From assembly GCA_963809655.1 (NCBI GenBank), contig CAWEKQ010000047.1, positions 2,523 to 66,522 of the forward strand: a stretch of 64,000 nt of DNA. Direction: 5' to 3'. The notes under the pieces were generated by a model. It was given only the letters and a program-made list of their open reading frames with translations. It did not search any database and was not told the DNA's origin. The stretch is from Terriglobia bacterium. Lineage in GTDB: Bacteria; Acidobacteriota; Terriglobia; Bryobacterales; Bryobacteraceae. This document shows, in pieces, positions 41,146-50,470 of the stretch (position 1 is the stretch's first letter; each line of letters opens with the position of its first letter). A program made the position numbers and the translations under genes.

Positions 41146-42425
41146 TCTGGCAATTGATGCGCCGTAACCGTTTGGGGCAGGGCGTCACTGTTCTGCTCGC
41201 AATCGTATTTGCGTTCCTCGCTGCCATGTCCGGCTCCCTGCCGATTCCCGCCATCCAGCCCTCCCGTGAAGCCTTCCGCACCGCGCTATCAACGGGCCTG
41301 GGTGTTGGGATGGGTTTTCCTATTCTGGTCGGTTTCATCGTCCAATCTGGCAGGATCCAATATGAGGCTGCCTTGCCGATCTCATGGCGCGACGTGTGGC
41401 TGTCCAATACCTTGTCGCTCCTTGCCGCGACGTGGTTTCCGGTGATGACCGCTGCGGCGTTTGGGCTCCCCCCTCGGCCTTTGCTCGAGGCGGCGGCTGT
41501 CTTCACCGTTCTGATTCTGGGAGGCACGCACCTTCGAAGCCGCCCCCTCGGGTCGCCACAGCGGCTCCTCAGGGTCGGGTTCCAGATCGTGTTTCTTGGC
41601 CTGACGATCGGGCCGTTAGTTGTGAAACAACTCAAACGGGCAGGCTGGTTCGTCTGGCCTTCCCCCGGTATCGTGCTGACGGCTTGCGGTGTCGCCGGTG
41701 CGATTATTTTCTGGCGGGGTTGGACCAGCGTTCCGATCTCCCTCCAGTTCGCTCCGCCGGAATCGGGCAGGAGCGCGAGCGAAGCAAACGCGAAAGCAGG
41801 ATTCACGTGGTTCGCGCCGTTCCGGTCCATTTTCGGCATACCGATGGTTTTAATGATCCTTTTCCTGACGGGCAACATATTTACCGGAAACCTCTGGGTC
41901 GCGAGTGGGGTTGTAGGGTTAGCGCAGGTTCAAATCCGGGCACAGTGCCGATGGCTTCTTGCGCTGCCGGTTTCTCGGCGCAGACTATTCGCGTGGATCG
42001 CAATTCCGCCGGCTGTGGCGATCACTGCGGCCTGCCTGGGAAGCATCCTCCTCGATACCAGACATCTGCTTTCCCCGATGGGACGGTTGCTGGAAGTGGG
42101 GGGCCAACTCGACGTACTTTTCGGGTTGATCTTTCTCAGCGAACTCTCGGCATGGCGTCGGCTTGGCAGGCTCCGCACGCTTCGTTTCGGAGCGTGGATT
42201 CTGTGGATGCCTTTTGTCATCGCCTCCATCGCGCCGATGTTCATACTGCCGGACACCAGAGCCCTCCAACGGCTCGCCGACGCTCTCCCCGGTGGCTTAT
42301 GGCAACCAGCCGGACTATTGGCTATACTCGCCATGGCAACGTACTGGCTTGCGGAGAAGGCGTTCCGCGAGCAGGAATACCGGCCAGTCTTACTCGAATC
42401 GATTCCGCACAGAACCTCCATATGA
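41142..42425 (+). CDS. Multi-pass membrane protein, putative permease partner of the ABC ATPase
   Basis: In ORF 40692..42425 the sensible start is MIWQLMRRNR at 41142 (ATGA overlap with the ATPase stop). About 10 hydrophobic segments. Confidence 0.7.
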   Translation: MIWQLMRRNRLGQGVTVLLAIVFAFLAAMSGSLPIPAIQPSREAFRTALSTGLGVGMGFPILVGFIVQSGRIQYEAALPISWRDVWLSNTLSLLAATWFPVMTAAAFGLPPRPLLEAAAVFTVLILGGTHLRSRPLGSPQRLLRVGFQIVFLGLTIGPLVVKQLKRAGWFVWPSPGIVLTACGVAGAIIFWRGWTSVPISLQFAPPESGRSASEANAKAGFTWFAPFRSIFGIPMVLMILFLTGNIFTGNLWVASGVVGLAQVQIRAQCRWLLALPVSRRRLFAWIAIPPAVAITAACLGSILLDTRHLLSPMGRLLEVGGQLDVLFGLIFLSELSAWRRLGRLRTLRFGAWILWMPFVIASIAPMFILPDTRALQRLADALPGGLWQPAGLLAILAMATYWLAEKAFREQEYRPVLLESIPHRTSI

Positions 42426-43352
42426 CTCGACTCCGCCGCCTGGTTACCGTATCGGTGCTCTTCGCGGCATATTCCGCCGCGCAGCAACCGCTGCAGCAAG
42501 CGCCTGCTAACCCGTCCGATCAGAAACCGATCCACGTGGAAGGCCGGGTGTTGGATCTCACTGGAGCAGCAGTCCGCAAGGCTGCGGTTCATCTGCAGGG
42601 TGCAGCCCGGTCCGCTGCCGCCACGCCTGCGCCCGCTGGTCAGGCTCTCCCGGGATATTCGCAGACATCCGATGACTCGGGCGGGTTCGCATTTGACAAC
42701 GTCACGCCGGGCCGCTACACGCTCAGCGCGGATAAGACCGGATTCCTGCCGCTCGTTATGGCGCACGTTCGGAAGACAGCCCCGCTGTTCAACTGACGTT
42801 CGCGGCGACGAGAAGACAGGCCTGAATCTGAAACTGATTCCCGAAGGCGTGATCGTCGGCCGTGTCCTCGACCAGGACGGCGATCCAATCGCAAACGCAC
42901 GGGTGACCGTAGCCCGATATGGATATAGCAACGGCCATAGAACTCTGATGCCCGTCTCGGCGATTACGGCAGGTGCGCGCGGGCACCCCCACTCCGGCTC
43001 AAGCAGCTGCGGCAGTCCAGACAGTCATCGGCGGCGGTGCACAGACGACGGACGATCAGGGTGCTTTTCGCATCAGTAATCTTGCGCCAGGCCGTTACCA
43101 CGTCAGCGCGGATGCCCGCGCAAACCGCGGCATTATGGGCTTGATCCCAACCGCGCAAGGCGCCCTGCCGAAACAACGGCGGAGCCCGTCAGCATCGTCA
43201 CGTACTATCCGAACGCCGCCGGCGCCAGTAGCGCAGCGCCCGTGAATATGGCCGCCGGAAGCGAGGTTCGGGGCATCGATATTCGCGTCCTCAAGGCACG
43301 AGTCTATTCGATTCGGCGGCTTTTTCACCCACTCATGCTGACGCCTGGCTGA
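42422..43352 (+). pseudogene. Carboxypeptidase-regulatory-like domain protein with signal peptide, about 3 frameshifts, probably truncated
   Basis: MTRLRRLVTVSVLFAAYSAAQQ (ATGA overlap at 42422). HVEGRVLDLTGAAV..GGFAFDNVTPGRYTLSADKTGF (tail of 41384..42796). GVIVGRVLDQDGDPIANARV (42600..43079). DDQGAFRISNLAPGRYHVSA (42973..43245). Confidence 0.65.
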
Positions 43353-43360
43353 AGCCGCTG

Positions 43361-44017
43361 CTACTCGGACGCCTTCTGAGCGCCCAGCGCGCCGATCCGG
43401 CATGACCTGCAAACGCCGTAGCCGCCACCGTTTCCCAGAATGAAGGCGCACCGTCCGCCGATGCTGGCCCGTTCACTTGCAGCCAGCGTGACCGGAGTGA
43501 AGGCTGTCTCTACAGTCGCGAAGATGCCTGCGATGGGTGTCGCATGGAGCGTCGTACCCCATGCGGCCACACCCCTGGAGGGCGTGGCAGTTACCAGTGC
43601 AGCACTATTGAAGCAATTGGTACCACTGCCGTCCCCGCCCGCCAGGCTGGCAAGCACCTTCACCGTCACTGAATTCGAAAACGCGGGTGTGAGAGTGTTT
43701 GACGTAAGGTCCCTGTTGACGCCAAGGTTAACAGTCTGGCCGGGCGTGACCAGACAGGAGCAGCATGAGACCAGTTCCTCAGAGGGGTCAAATGCATACA
43801 CGTTCACACAGATGTTGCCCGGGTTCGTGGTGATGAAGCCAGGGCCATACAACGAAGCTCCATTGGCGCCGGTGTTGGTGATGTCGATGTACGATTCGCC
43901 AGCGTTGAGGTTGGCTGCGTATCTCACCTGAAAAGGGGAGTCGCGCGCGGGCACGTTTTGCGCGAAAGCGGCGATCGCAGAAACGATAGCCGTTACGATA
44001 AAATTGCCCGGATGCAT
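43361..44017 (-). CDS. Secreted Cys-containing hypothetical protein
   Basis: Intact 218-aa ORF. Signal peptide MHPGNFIVTAIVSAIAAFAQ. CCSC and CRSC motifs. No family recognised. Confidence 0.6.
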   Translation of the reverse strand: MHPGNFIVTAIVSAIAAFAQNVPARDSPFQVRYAANLNAGESYIDITNTGANGASLYGPGFITTNPGNICVNVYAFDPSEELVSCCSCLVTPGQTVNLGVNRDLTSNTLTPAFSNSVTVKVLASLAGGDGSGTNCFNSAALVTATPSRGVAAWGTTLHATPIAGIFATVETAFTPVTLAASERASIGGRCAFILGNGGGYGVCRSCRIGALGAQKASE

Positions 44018-44543
44018 TTCGGATTACTCTCTCCGCGTGAACAATAACATTTGGCACGATGGCGACACAAGTTGTCTAAAAGACACAGCCGAAAGGCGTA
44101 GTCGCGATTTTCACAGCTCCACCGAGCCCGCCTGAGCGCATGTGAACGACGTTGTTAGTTCCCATGCATTCGGTAATGTCCCACACGGAGTAAGGGCGTT
44201 ATGTAGCGCATTTTGAAGGGCATGGAGGGCTACAAGTGCGGGATGTATTCCGGCCATATCGAGCGGCCGAAAGCCAGGCGACGGCGGCTAACCCTGTTCG
44301 TGAATCCGATGGCAGTACTGATCGGCGTACCGGTACTCGATTCAGCCGACGCCACGAAAAAACCGGCACATTGCACAGCCGCGTTGATTCCGAACGTTAC
44401 TGAGTCACGCGCGTCAGCAAGCGGTAACGAAAAGCCTTTTTTAAGAGCTATGCCGTGGTCTTTAAGTCCGGCGAGGGCAAAGCCCGGACACGCGCCAATA
44501 CACTGAGAGGTTCTTCGCAGAAGGATTGCCATCCGGCCCGAAC

Positions 44544-44879
44544 ATGCGTAGCAGGCTGCTGACGGGTGTGGCGCGCCGCTCTCGGCGCGATGGCCGAGTA
44601 TTGCTTTCGAGCGCGCTGACGTCGGATTTTTACGGCGCGATGACGCAGCATTTCAGTCTTGTGGAACCGGAATAGCAGGCAGCCTCGGCTGGACCCGCTG
44701 GAGCGACCGCGTTCTATCTCACCGACGAAGGCGTCGAAAAATCGCTCGCCGAACCGCGGGGCGATCGCTTCCCTTCGGCGGTGAACCAGTTCGTCGGATT
44801 GACGGGGAGGGCCAGGGACCGACAGGTGCTGTACGCACTCCGGCCCGCGTTGATGGAGAAACAGGAATTCGCTTTGTAA
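44544..44879 (+). other. Candidate small gene interrupted by in-frame TAG (44673-44675); coding strand uncertain
   Basis: The plus frame reads MRSRLL..LTSDFYGAMTQHFSLVEPE-TAG-QAASAGPAGATAFYLTDEGVEKSLAEPRGDRFPSAVNQFVGLTGRARDRQVLYALRPALMEKQEFAL. The opposite-strand ORF 44448..44882 is Arg-rich and looks like a shadow. Confidence 0.25.
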
Positions 44880-44916
44880 CATTCCTGCGGGCGCTTGATA
44901 ACATGAAGCTTCCGGT

Positions 44917-45330
44917 ATGGCTCACCTGCAATCGGAGCACGCGCCCATGTCCGACGCCGTTACCAACGGGGTTCGCGTCGAGGTTTTATCGCGGCACTCC
45001 AGCGAGAATTCGCGGCCGATGCAGGGCGAATGGGTTTTCGAGTATACCGTTCGCATCACCAATCAGGGATCGGAGCCGGTCCAGTTGATCAGCCGCCACT
45101 GGATCATCACCGACGGCCTCGATCACACCGAAGAGGTCAAGGGCCCGGGCGTTGTCGGCAAGCAGCCCGTGCTGGCGCCAGGCGAGTCGTTCAAATACTC
45201 ATCGTGGTGCCCGCTCAAGACGCCGACGGGAATGATGCACGGCGCCTATCAGATGATCAGCGCCGGCGGCAAGCAGTTCGACATCGCAATCGCCCCGTTT
45301 GCGCTCAAAGCCCGCTACACCGTTCACTGA
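44917..45330 (+). CDS. apaG: ApaG (DUF525) protein
   Basis: VRVEVLSRHSSENSRPMQGEWVFEYTVRITNQGSEPVQLISRHWIITDG..GPGVVGKQPVLAPGESFKYSS is the canonical ApaG pattern. The start may be MSDAV at 44947. Confidence 0.9.
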   Translation: MAHLQSEHAPMSDAVTNGVRVEVLSRHSSENSRPMQGEWVFEYTVRITNQGSEPVQLISRHWIITDGLDHTEEVKGPGVVGKQPVLAPGESFKYSSWCPLKTPTGMMHGAYQMISAGGKQFDIAIAPFALKARYTVH

Positions 45331-45340
45331 TCCGGCCGCG

Positions 45341-45490
45341 TCAGCGCCAATCCTGGGCCAGGGCGGGAAACGTCGCCAGCTGTTCAATACGGTCGATGAG
45401 CGACTGTGCGAGTTTCGGGCGCTAGTGGGATTGTCTTGCTGAATACGTGGCCTCAAGCTGCTCAGAGGCTCAAGGTGTCCACCGAATGAC
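45341..45490 (-). pseudogene. ParE/RelE-type toxin remnant (about 50 codons, frameshifted, C-terminally truncated)
   Basis: Directly downstream of the antitoxin, shifted frames read ..IQQDNPTSA and ..RKLAQSLIDRIEQLATFPALAQDWR-stop. This resembles the N-terminal half of ParE-type toxins. The rest is missing before apaG. Confidence 0.4.
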
Positions 45491-45715
45491 TCACGAACGA
45501 AAGAGCCGCTCGATGCGATCAAGCACTTCCTTGTGCTCGACAAATTCGCCCCGGGCGGCTTGCGCGATGCCCTTTTGGACTCCAGCGATGAAGCGGGCCT
45601 GATCGTCGAGCATGCGGCCGACAGTGTCTTTCACCAGTTGTTCGGCGTTCTTGCCGGTGGCAGAGGCCACTTGCTGGAGCCGCGCTTCGACGTCTGGGGA
45701 GAAATGTACTTCCAT
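45491..45715 (-). CDS. Ribbon-helix-helix antitoxin-like protein (ParD/CopG type)
   Basis: ORF 45491..45733, likely start MEVHFSPDVEARLQQVASATGKNAEQLVKDTV at 45715. The C-terminal part is GEFVEHKEVLDRIERLF. Confidence 0.6.
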   Translation of the reverse strand: MEVHFSPDVEARLQQVASATGKNAEQLVKDTVGRMLDDQARFIAGVQKGIAQAARGEFVEHKEVLDRIERLFRS

Positions 45716-45762
45716 GCCCTGAAGGTATCGCACAGCTCAAAACCCGCTACACGGTTCATTGA

Positions 45763-46146
45763 TTACCAGACGGCGGCAGTATAGTGTTTCCGGATCAACC
45801 GGTCGCGCGTAATCAACACCGAAGCATTATTCGCCCGCGCGTGAGCCACAATCAGGCGATCGAACGGATCCGTGGTCCACTGGATATCCAGTGCCTCGTT
45901 GGCGACGCCCGCAAACGGAAACTCGCATAGTTCCACGCCGAACGATGCATTGAGCGTAGCGAAAAGGACTCTCGCTCCGACGCCGATCTTCCTGCGTTGA
46001 AAGAGGTAGTCGAACTCCAGAAGCACCATCGGCGAGATCAGAAGATCGTTCGCCTCCAGTTGGCGCCTGGCTTCCATGCTGAACTCTTCGATCAGTCCGT
46101 CGTGTAGGAACACCGCGGCGTGGGTGTCCAGATAGGCGAAGCTCAC
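45763..46146 (-). CDS. PIN-domain toxin (VapC-like)
   Basis: Intact 127-aa ORF (GTG start). Acidic positions fall in FAYLDTHA, ISPMVLLEF and TTDPFDRLIVAHA..VLITRD, as in PIN nucleases. Confidence 0.75.
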   Translation of the reverse strand: MSFAYLDTHAAVFLHDGLIEEFSMEARRQLEANDLLISPMVLLEFDYLFQRRKIGVGARVLFATLNASFGVELCEFPFAGVANEALDIQWTTDPFDRLIVAHARANNASVLITRDRLIRKHYTAAVW

Positions 46147-46155
46147 AGCGCCCGA

Positions 46156-46460
46156 TCATCCCGCTTCCACCGTTTTTCGAAGGTCCTTCATAAGAGCGGT
46201 GTCCGATTCGACAATCGATTGCGGGTCGACCCGGAGCGCGTGACGGCGCACAGCGCCAGCCAGTTTGGAGCCTGCGGGAGGGGAAGACAAACGAAGTTTC
46301 GAACCCTATGGTCGCGTCTCGCTGGCGGCGCGCTTCATCCTATTGGTCCCGGAACCAGACTGCGGAGCGCCAATATCAGCTCCTGGCGGCTGTCTGCGGG
46401 CACGCCGCGACGAGCCTGTGGGGGTGCCCTGGCGAAAGAGGCATGATTGAAATCGAGATC
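46156..46460 (-). pseudogene. VapB-like antitoxin remnant: 5' end lost at the IS boundary, one frameshift
   Basis: One frame reads GDLDFNHASFARAPPQARRGVPADSRQELILALRSLV (stop 46335). The second reads ..AGSKLAGAVRRHALRVDPQSIVESDTALMKDLRKTVEAG and stops at 46156, 10 nt before the PIN start. No start codon before the transposase stop at 46466. Confidence 0.4.
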
Positions 46461-46463
46461 GCC

Positions 46464-47706
46464 CGCTAACCGGGAGCGCTCAGGCGCAGCCACTGATCCA
46501 CTGTCAAGGCCAGCACTCCGAACATCAGGTGCGCCATTACTTTCGCCGCTCCCCGCACCCGGAGATGACTGGCGCCGAATTCGTCTTTCAGCCGCGCATT
46601 CACGCGTTCGCTCATCGTCCGCGTCTTATAGCGATCCTGCTCTGCCCAGGTCAGTTGCGGCGTGGGCTTGTCGGGAAACACTTTCAGCATCTGAGAGGAC
46701 TTCTTCGTTCCACGCCGCGGGTGCGGCGCAATGATCGGAACGTGATTCAATTGCCTGCTGTGCTCATGAATCGCATCGGCGTCGTAGGCTGAGTCCATCA
46801 GTTCGTATAAGTGAGTGACGCGTTGCGATGTCAGCGTCATCAGCGGAATGGCAACCTGCGAATCATGCACGCTGGCGCTGGTCAGCACCGCGCTCACAGG
46901 AAGTTGTCCGTCGGCGACGTCCAGATGAAGCTTGTAGCCGCGCCAGTATTGCTCCTGACCCTGGCTGTTCTTCTTTGCGCCGATATCGCATTCCCGCGGC
47001 AGTTCTTTCAGCATGCGATCCAGTTTCTGATGGCGCTGGCGCTCGATGCGGGTGCCGCGCTCACTGGCTTTGGCCCGGGCGAAACCACCACGCGAGCCTT
47101 TCTTCCGGCCGCGCTTTGCACCTCGCGTCTTCGCCTTTTGCGCTCTCTTCTTTGCCGCCTTCTGTTTCGCCGTTTCGGGAAAACGCTCCCGCGCCGGGAT
47201 GGCGGTTGAATCCCGTGCGATGTGCCCGATGATGCGCTGTTGTTGCGTGGCCGCGATGACCTCGGCATGCAGTTGCTGCGGCAACTCGGTTGCGGCGAAT
47301 TCGGCAAACGCACGGGAAAACTTCGCTTCATGCGGCAGCGCAGCGGCGCTGGACCAGCCGCACAACTGGCGCAACGTCTCGTCCACGCGCAGGCGGTCGA
47401 TCAGGTCGCGCGTGGTCGGAAGATTCAGCACGGCTTTGGCTGCAAAGGCAACGCTCAGCGCGGCCCGGTCCTTCGCCGGTCTTCCGGTGGAGAGCGTCGC
47501 GCCGATAACATCCGCTCCAGAGGAAGCAGCGCGACCACTGCCGCAAGCAGTTCCATTTGTGGACTCAGCGGCCCGGTTACGGCCTTCAGCCGAGGGAATA
47601 ATTCCGTCTGCAGAATGTGGGCGAATTGCGTGACGAGTTGGCGCGGGTTAAGCTGCATGTGGGGTTGGCTTCGCTGATGAGGCCGTTTGGCGACACCAGG
47701 TTAGCG
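46464..47706 (-). mobile_element. IS4/IS5-superfamily insertion sequence; boundaries tentative
   Basis: Only an 11-bp imperfect inverted repeat was found: cgctaaccggg (46464-46474) versus ccaggttagcg (47696-47706), 10/11 matching. No clear target duplication. Contains a frameshifted DDE transposase. Confidence 0.45.
46466..47658 (-). pseudogene. DDE transposase (DDE_Tnp_1 type, IS4/IS5 superfamily), one frameshift near 47440
   Basis: ORFs 47455..47658 (MQLNPRQLVTQFAHILQTELFPRL..) and 46466..47431 (..IARDSTAI..GYKLHLDVADG..LMDSAYDADAI..ERVNARLKDEFG). Confidence 0.8.
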
Positions 47707-47872
47707 CAGTTCAACCCCGCTTCAAAATCCTTTTTGCATCCCCTTGTTTTAAGGCGCCTTCTGCCATGCACACGTTTTGTTGTAAACGATCTCGATCGAT
47801 TCGCCGTGCAAAGCCCGGTCGAGAACTTTAAACAGGTCTTTGCGCAGATTCGTTGCTGTGAGCTCCACGCTC

Positions 47873-48515
47873 CTAGTGTACATCAATAGATGTACGCATG
47901 CCCGAAGTAGCGTACATCATTGGTTCTCCAAGACTCCGCCACAAATACCAGCACGCAACCGAAGAATGCGGCCTCCACGCAGCCGCGATCTTCTCAATTT
48001 CCGGCGCCTTGGGCAGATCCTCCAGCCCATACGCTTTCTTTATCGCCGTCCGAATTCCCAGATCCGCCACTGGCAACACATCCGGCCGCCGCAGGGCGAA
48101 CATCAGAAACATCTGCGCCGTCCAGACACCGATGCCTTTCACGCGCGTCAGGTGCTCGATCACGCCCGCGTCGTCAAATCCCGGCAGATCTTCGAAAATG
48201 ACGCTGCCGCGCCGCGTGTGTTTCGCCAGTTCCCGGATATAAAGGGTCTTCTGCCCGGAAAGCCCCACCTTCCGCATACGCTCCGGCCGCAACTTCATGA
48301 CGCCCGCGGGAGTCAGACGTTCCTCTCCGGCCGCCGCGAGCAGACGGCCGTAGATTACAGACGCCACCCGGCCGCTCAACTGCTGGTACACAATGGAACG
48401 AGCCAGTGTTTCGAAGGACGGCTCGCTGTATTCGAAGTGTAAATTTTCCAACCCGCTGGATGATGGCGGCCATCACGGGGTCCGATTTTTTGAGATGCTG
48501 GAGAGGGGAACGCAT
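47873..48515 (-). pseudogene. DNA-3-methyladenine glycosylase II-like (HhH-GPD) protein, one frameshift near 48445
   Basis: ORFs 48174..48515 (MRSPLQHLKKSDPVMAAIIQRVG) and 47873..48451 (..FETLARSIVYQQLSGRVASVIYGRL..VKGIGVWTAQMFLMFALRRPDVLPVADLGI). Confidence 0.75.
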
Positions 48516-48544
48516 GATTTCCTGTATGCGTCCAGTTTAATTCT

Positions 48545-49535
48545 ATGAAGATCATTGGCCTCACCCTCGCAAGTTTGCTGATACTCCCGCTGCTGCTGGT
48601 CCGTCTGGAGGCCCAGAAACCGGCGGAAGAAGCGGACGACTCCCTTCCGATCAAGGTCGACGTCGATGTCGTCAATCTTTACTGCGCGGTGCGGACCAAA
48701 CAGAACGCCCTGATCGGCAATCTCGAAAAAACCGATTTCACCCTCGCTGAAGACGGTACGCGCCAGGAGATCAAATACTTCACGCGCGAAACCGATCTGC
48801 CGCTGACCATCGGCCTGCTGGTCGACGTCTCGAACAGTCAGCGCAACCTGATCGAAATCGAGCGCCGCGCCGCCGCCTCGTTTTTCTCGAGCGTGCTCAA
48901 GAAAAAGGACGTGGCATTCCTGATCAGTTTCGGGGCGGATTCGGAGCTGCTGGAAGACATCACCGGGTCGCCGCGCGCTCTGCAGGAAGGTCTCAACCGG
49001 ATGAAGCTGAATGGCGGATTCGCGGGCATCAATTCGGGCCCGGTCCCCACCATGAACAAGCCGCAAGGGCACAGTGCTCTACGATGCCGTGTATCTCGCC
49101 GCCAACGACATGCTGTCGAAGGAAGTAGGGCGCAAGGCCATCGTGCTGATTACGGACGGCGAGGATGAGGGAAGCCAGTTGTCGATGAAATCCGCCATCG
49201 AGGCTGCGCAGAAATCCGACGCGATCATCTACGGCGTCCTCTACGTCGATCGGCAGTTCTACGGCGGCTACAACATGGGCTACAGCGGCGAAGGCGTACT
49301 CAAGCAAATGGCGGAAGAGACCGGCGGCCGGTTGTTCCAGGTGGATCGGAAGAACACGCTCGACTCGATCTTCGACCAGATCCAGCAGGAGATGCGGACT
49401 CAGTATGCAATCGGCTACACGCCGACGAACGGCAAGAAGGATGGTTCGTTCCGCAAGATCGATCTGCGGACTTCCAACAAGGATCTCAAGGTGCAGGTGC
49501 GCAAAGGCTACTACGCTCTGCCCCCCGCCCAATAG
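48545..49535 (+). pseudogene. VWA-domain protein (acidobacterial VWFA-related family), one frameshift near 49070
   Basis: ORFs 48545..49168 (signal peptide, LPLTIGLLVDVSNSQ) and 49074..49535 (LYDAVYLAAN..KAIVLITDGEDEGS..IIYGVLY..GYYALPPAQ). The TIGR03436-type call is from memory. Confidence 0.8.
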
Positions 49536-49540
49536 GTTCC

Positions 49541-49565
49541 GAGCCGCGACCGCGAGGGAGCGGTT
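49541..49565 (+). repeat. Dispersed 25-nt intergenic repeat GAGCCGCGAC-N-GGAGCGGTT, copy A
   Basis: gagccgcgaccgcgagggagcggtt lies between the convergent VWA and rfbD ends. Near-identical copies are at 53094 and 60561. ACCGC/GCGGT can pair. Confidence 0.7.
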
Positions 49566-49572
49566 GTCACGG

Positions 49573-50446
49573 CTACAAAAGCCGCTTCCGCGCTTCGAGA
49601 TATTTCCCTACGGCCTCGGCGAGCGGCGGCATCTGCTGCGATGCCGTTTGCCCGAAGACGCGCGTTTTCGAGAGCGGAATACTTCGGGCGCCTCGCCGCC
49701 GTACGATACTCACGTTCGTTGGTCGCGGTGAGATCGGCCGTTACCCCGGCCTTCTCAAAAATCAGCCGCGCGAACTCGAACCACGAAATAGGCTCGCCGC
49801 CGCCGATATGGAAGATGCCGTCGAGGTCGTGCTCCAGCAGCTCGATCGCACGGCTCGCCAGCCATGGCGCATAGGTGGGTGATGCGACGTGGTCCTCCAC
49901 AACCCGGATCGGCTTTCGCTCGCGCGCCAGGCGCAGCATGAGCTCGGGGAAATTGCCGCGCGCAGTACGCAGGCCGCCCGGGCCGAACACGCCGGAAGTA
50001 CGCACGATGATCGGCCGCTCGAGATAAGCCTGCACATACAGTTCGCCAGCCAGCTTGGAGACGGCGTAGGCGCCCAGCGGATGTGTCGAATCGGTCTCGA
50101 CGTAAGGTCGGCCGAGCGTGCCGTCGAAAACGTAATCCGTCGAGAAATGGACCAGCCTGGCATCGTTCTGCCGGCAGGCGATCGCCATATTCCGGACGCC
50201 GAGCGCGTTTGATTCAAAAGCAGCCAGCGGTTCGCGCTCGGCCACATCCACCTGGTTGTATGCGGCGGCGTTAAAGACGGCCGCGGGGTCGAACTCCGCC
50301 AGTGCGCGCTCAACTTTGTCGCCGTCGCAGATGTCGAGCGCCGCGCGCTCCAGCCCGCGGACTTCATATCCGCGCCGCGCGAGTTCCGCGCACAATTCGA
50401 TTCCCAGCTGCCCGGAGGACCCGAATACGATGATTCGTTTTGCCAA
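49573..50446 (-). pseudogene. rfbD: dTDP-4-dehydrorhamnose reductase, one frameshift about 25 codons before the end
   Basis: ORF 49511..50446: IIVFGSSGQLG, YAVSKLAGE, SPTYAPWLA. After ..LRANGIA the sensible frame is QMPPLAEAVGKYLEARKRLL-stop (TAG at 49573). Confidence 0.85.
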
Positions 50447-50470
50447 TCGCCGATTCTATCAGCGCTCTTA

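Noticed and set aside
40150-42931. Minus-strand ORFs 40150..41022, 41051..41878 and 41930..42931, and the N-terminal 150 codons of plus ORF 40692..42425.
   Set aside because: All overlap the intact ABC ATPase or permease genes and are Arg/Pro-rich. The plus ORF only becomes membrane-protein-like from the ATG at 41142.
44448-44882. Considered ORF 44448..44882 (minus) as an ECF sigma factor, and 44230..44532 as a DUF488-like protein.
   Set aside because: I could not place the region 2 or region 4 sigma motifs or the DUF488 signature in any single frame. The similarity impressions were too weak to report as calls.
47707-47905. Plus-strand frame ..FVVNDLDRFAVQSPVENFKQVFAQIR.. and the GTACATC-AATA-GATGTAC hairpin between the IS and the AlkA-like gene end, considered as a relic gene and a terminator.
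   Set aside because: The frame is short with no start and no recognisable family. The hairpin is AT-rich, 7 bp, with no U-tract. The evidence is too thin for a feature call.
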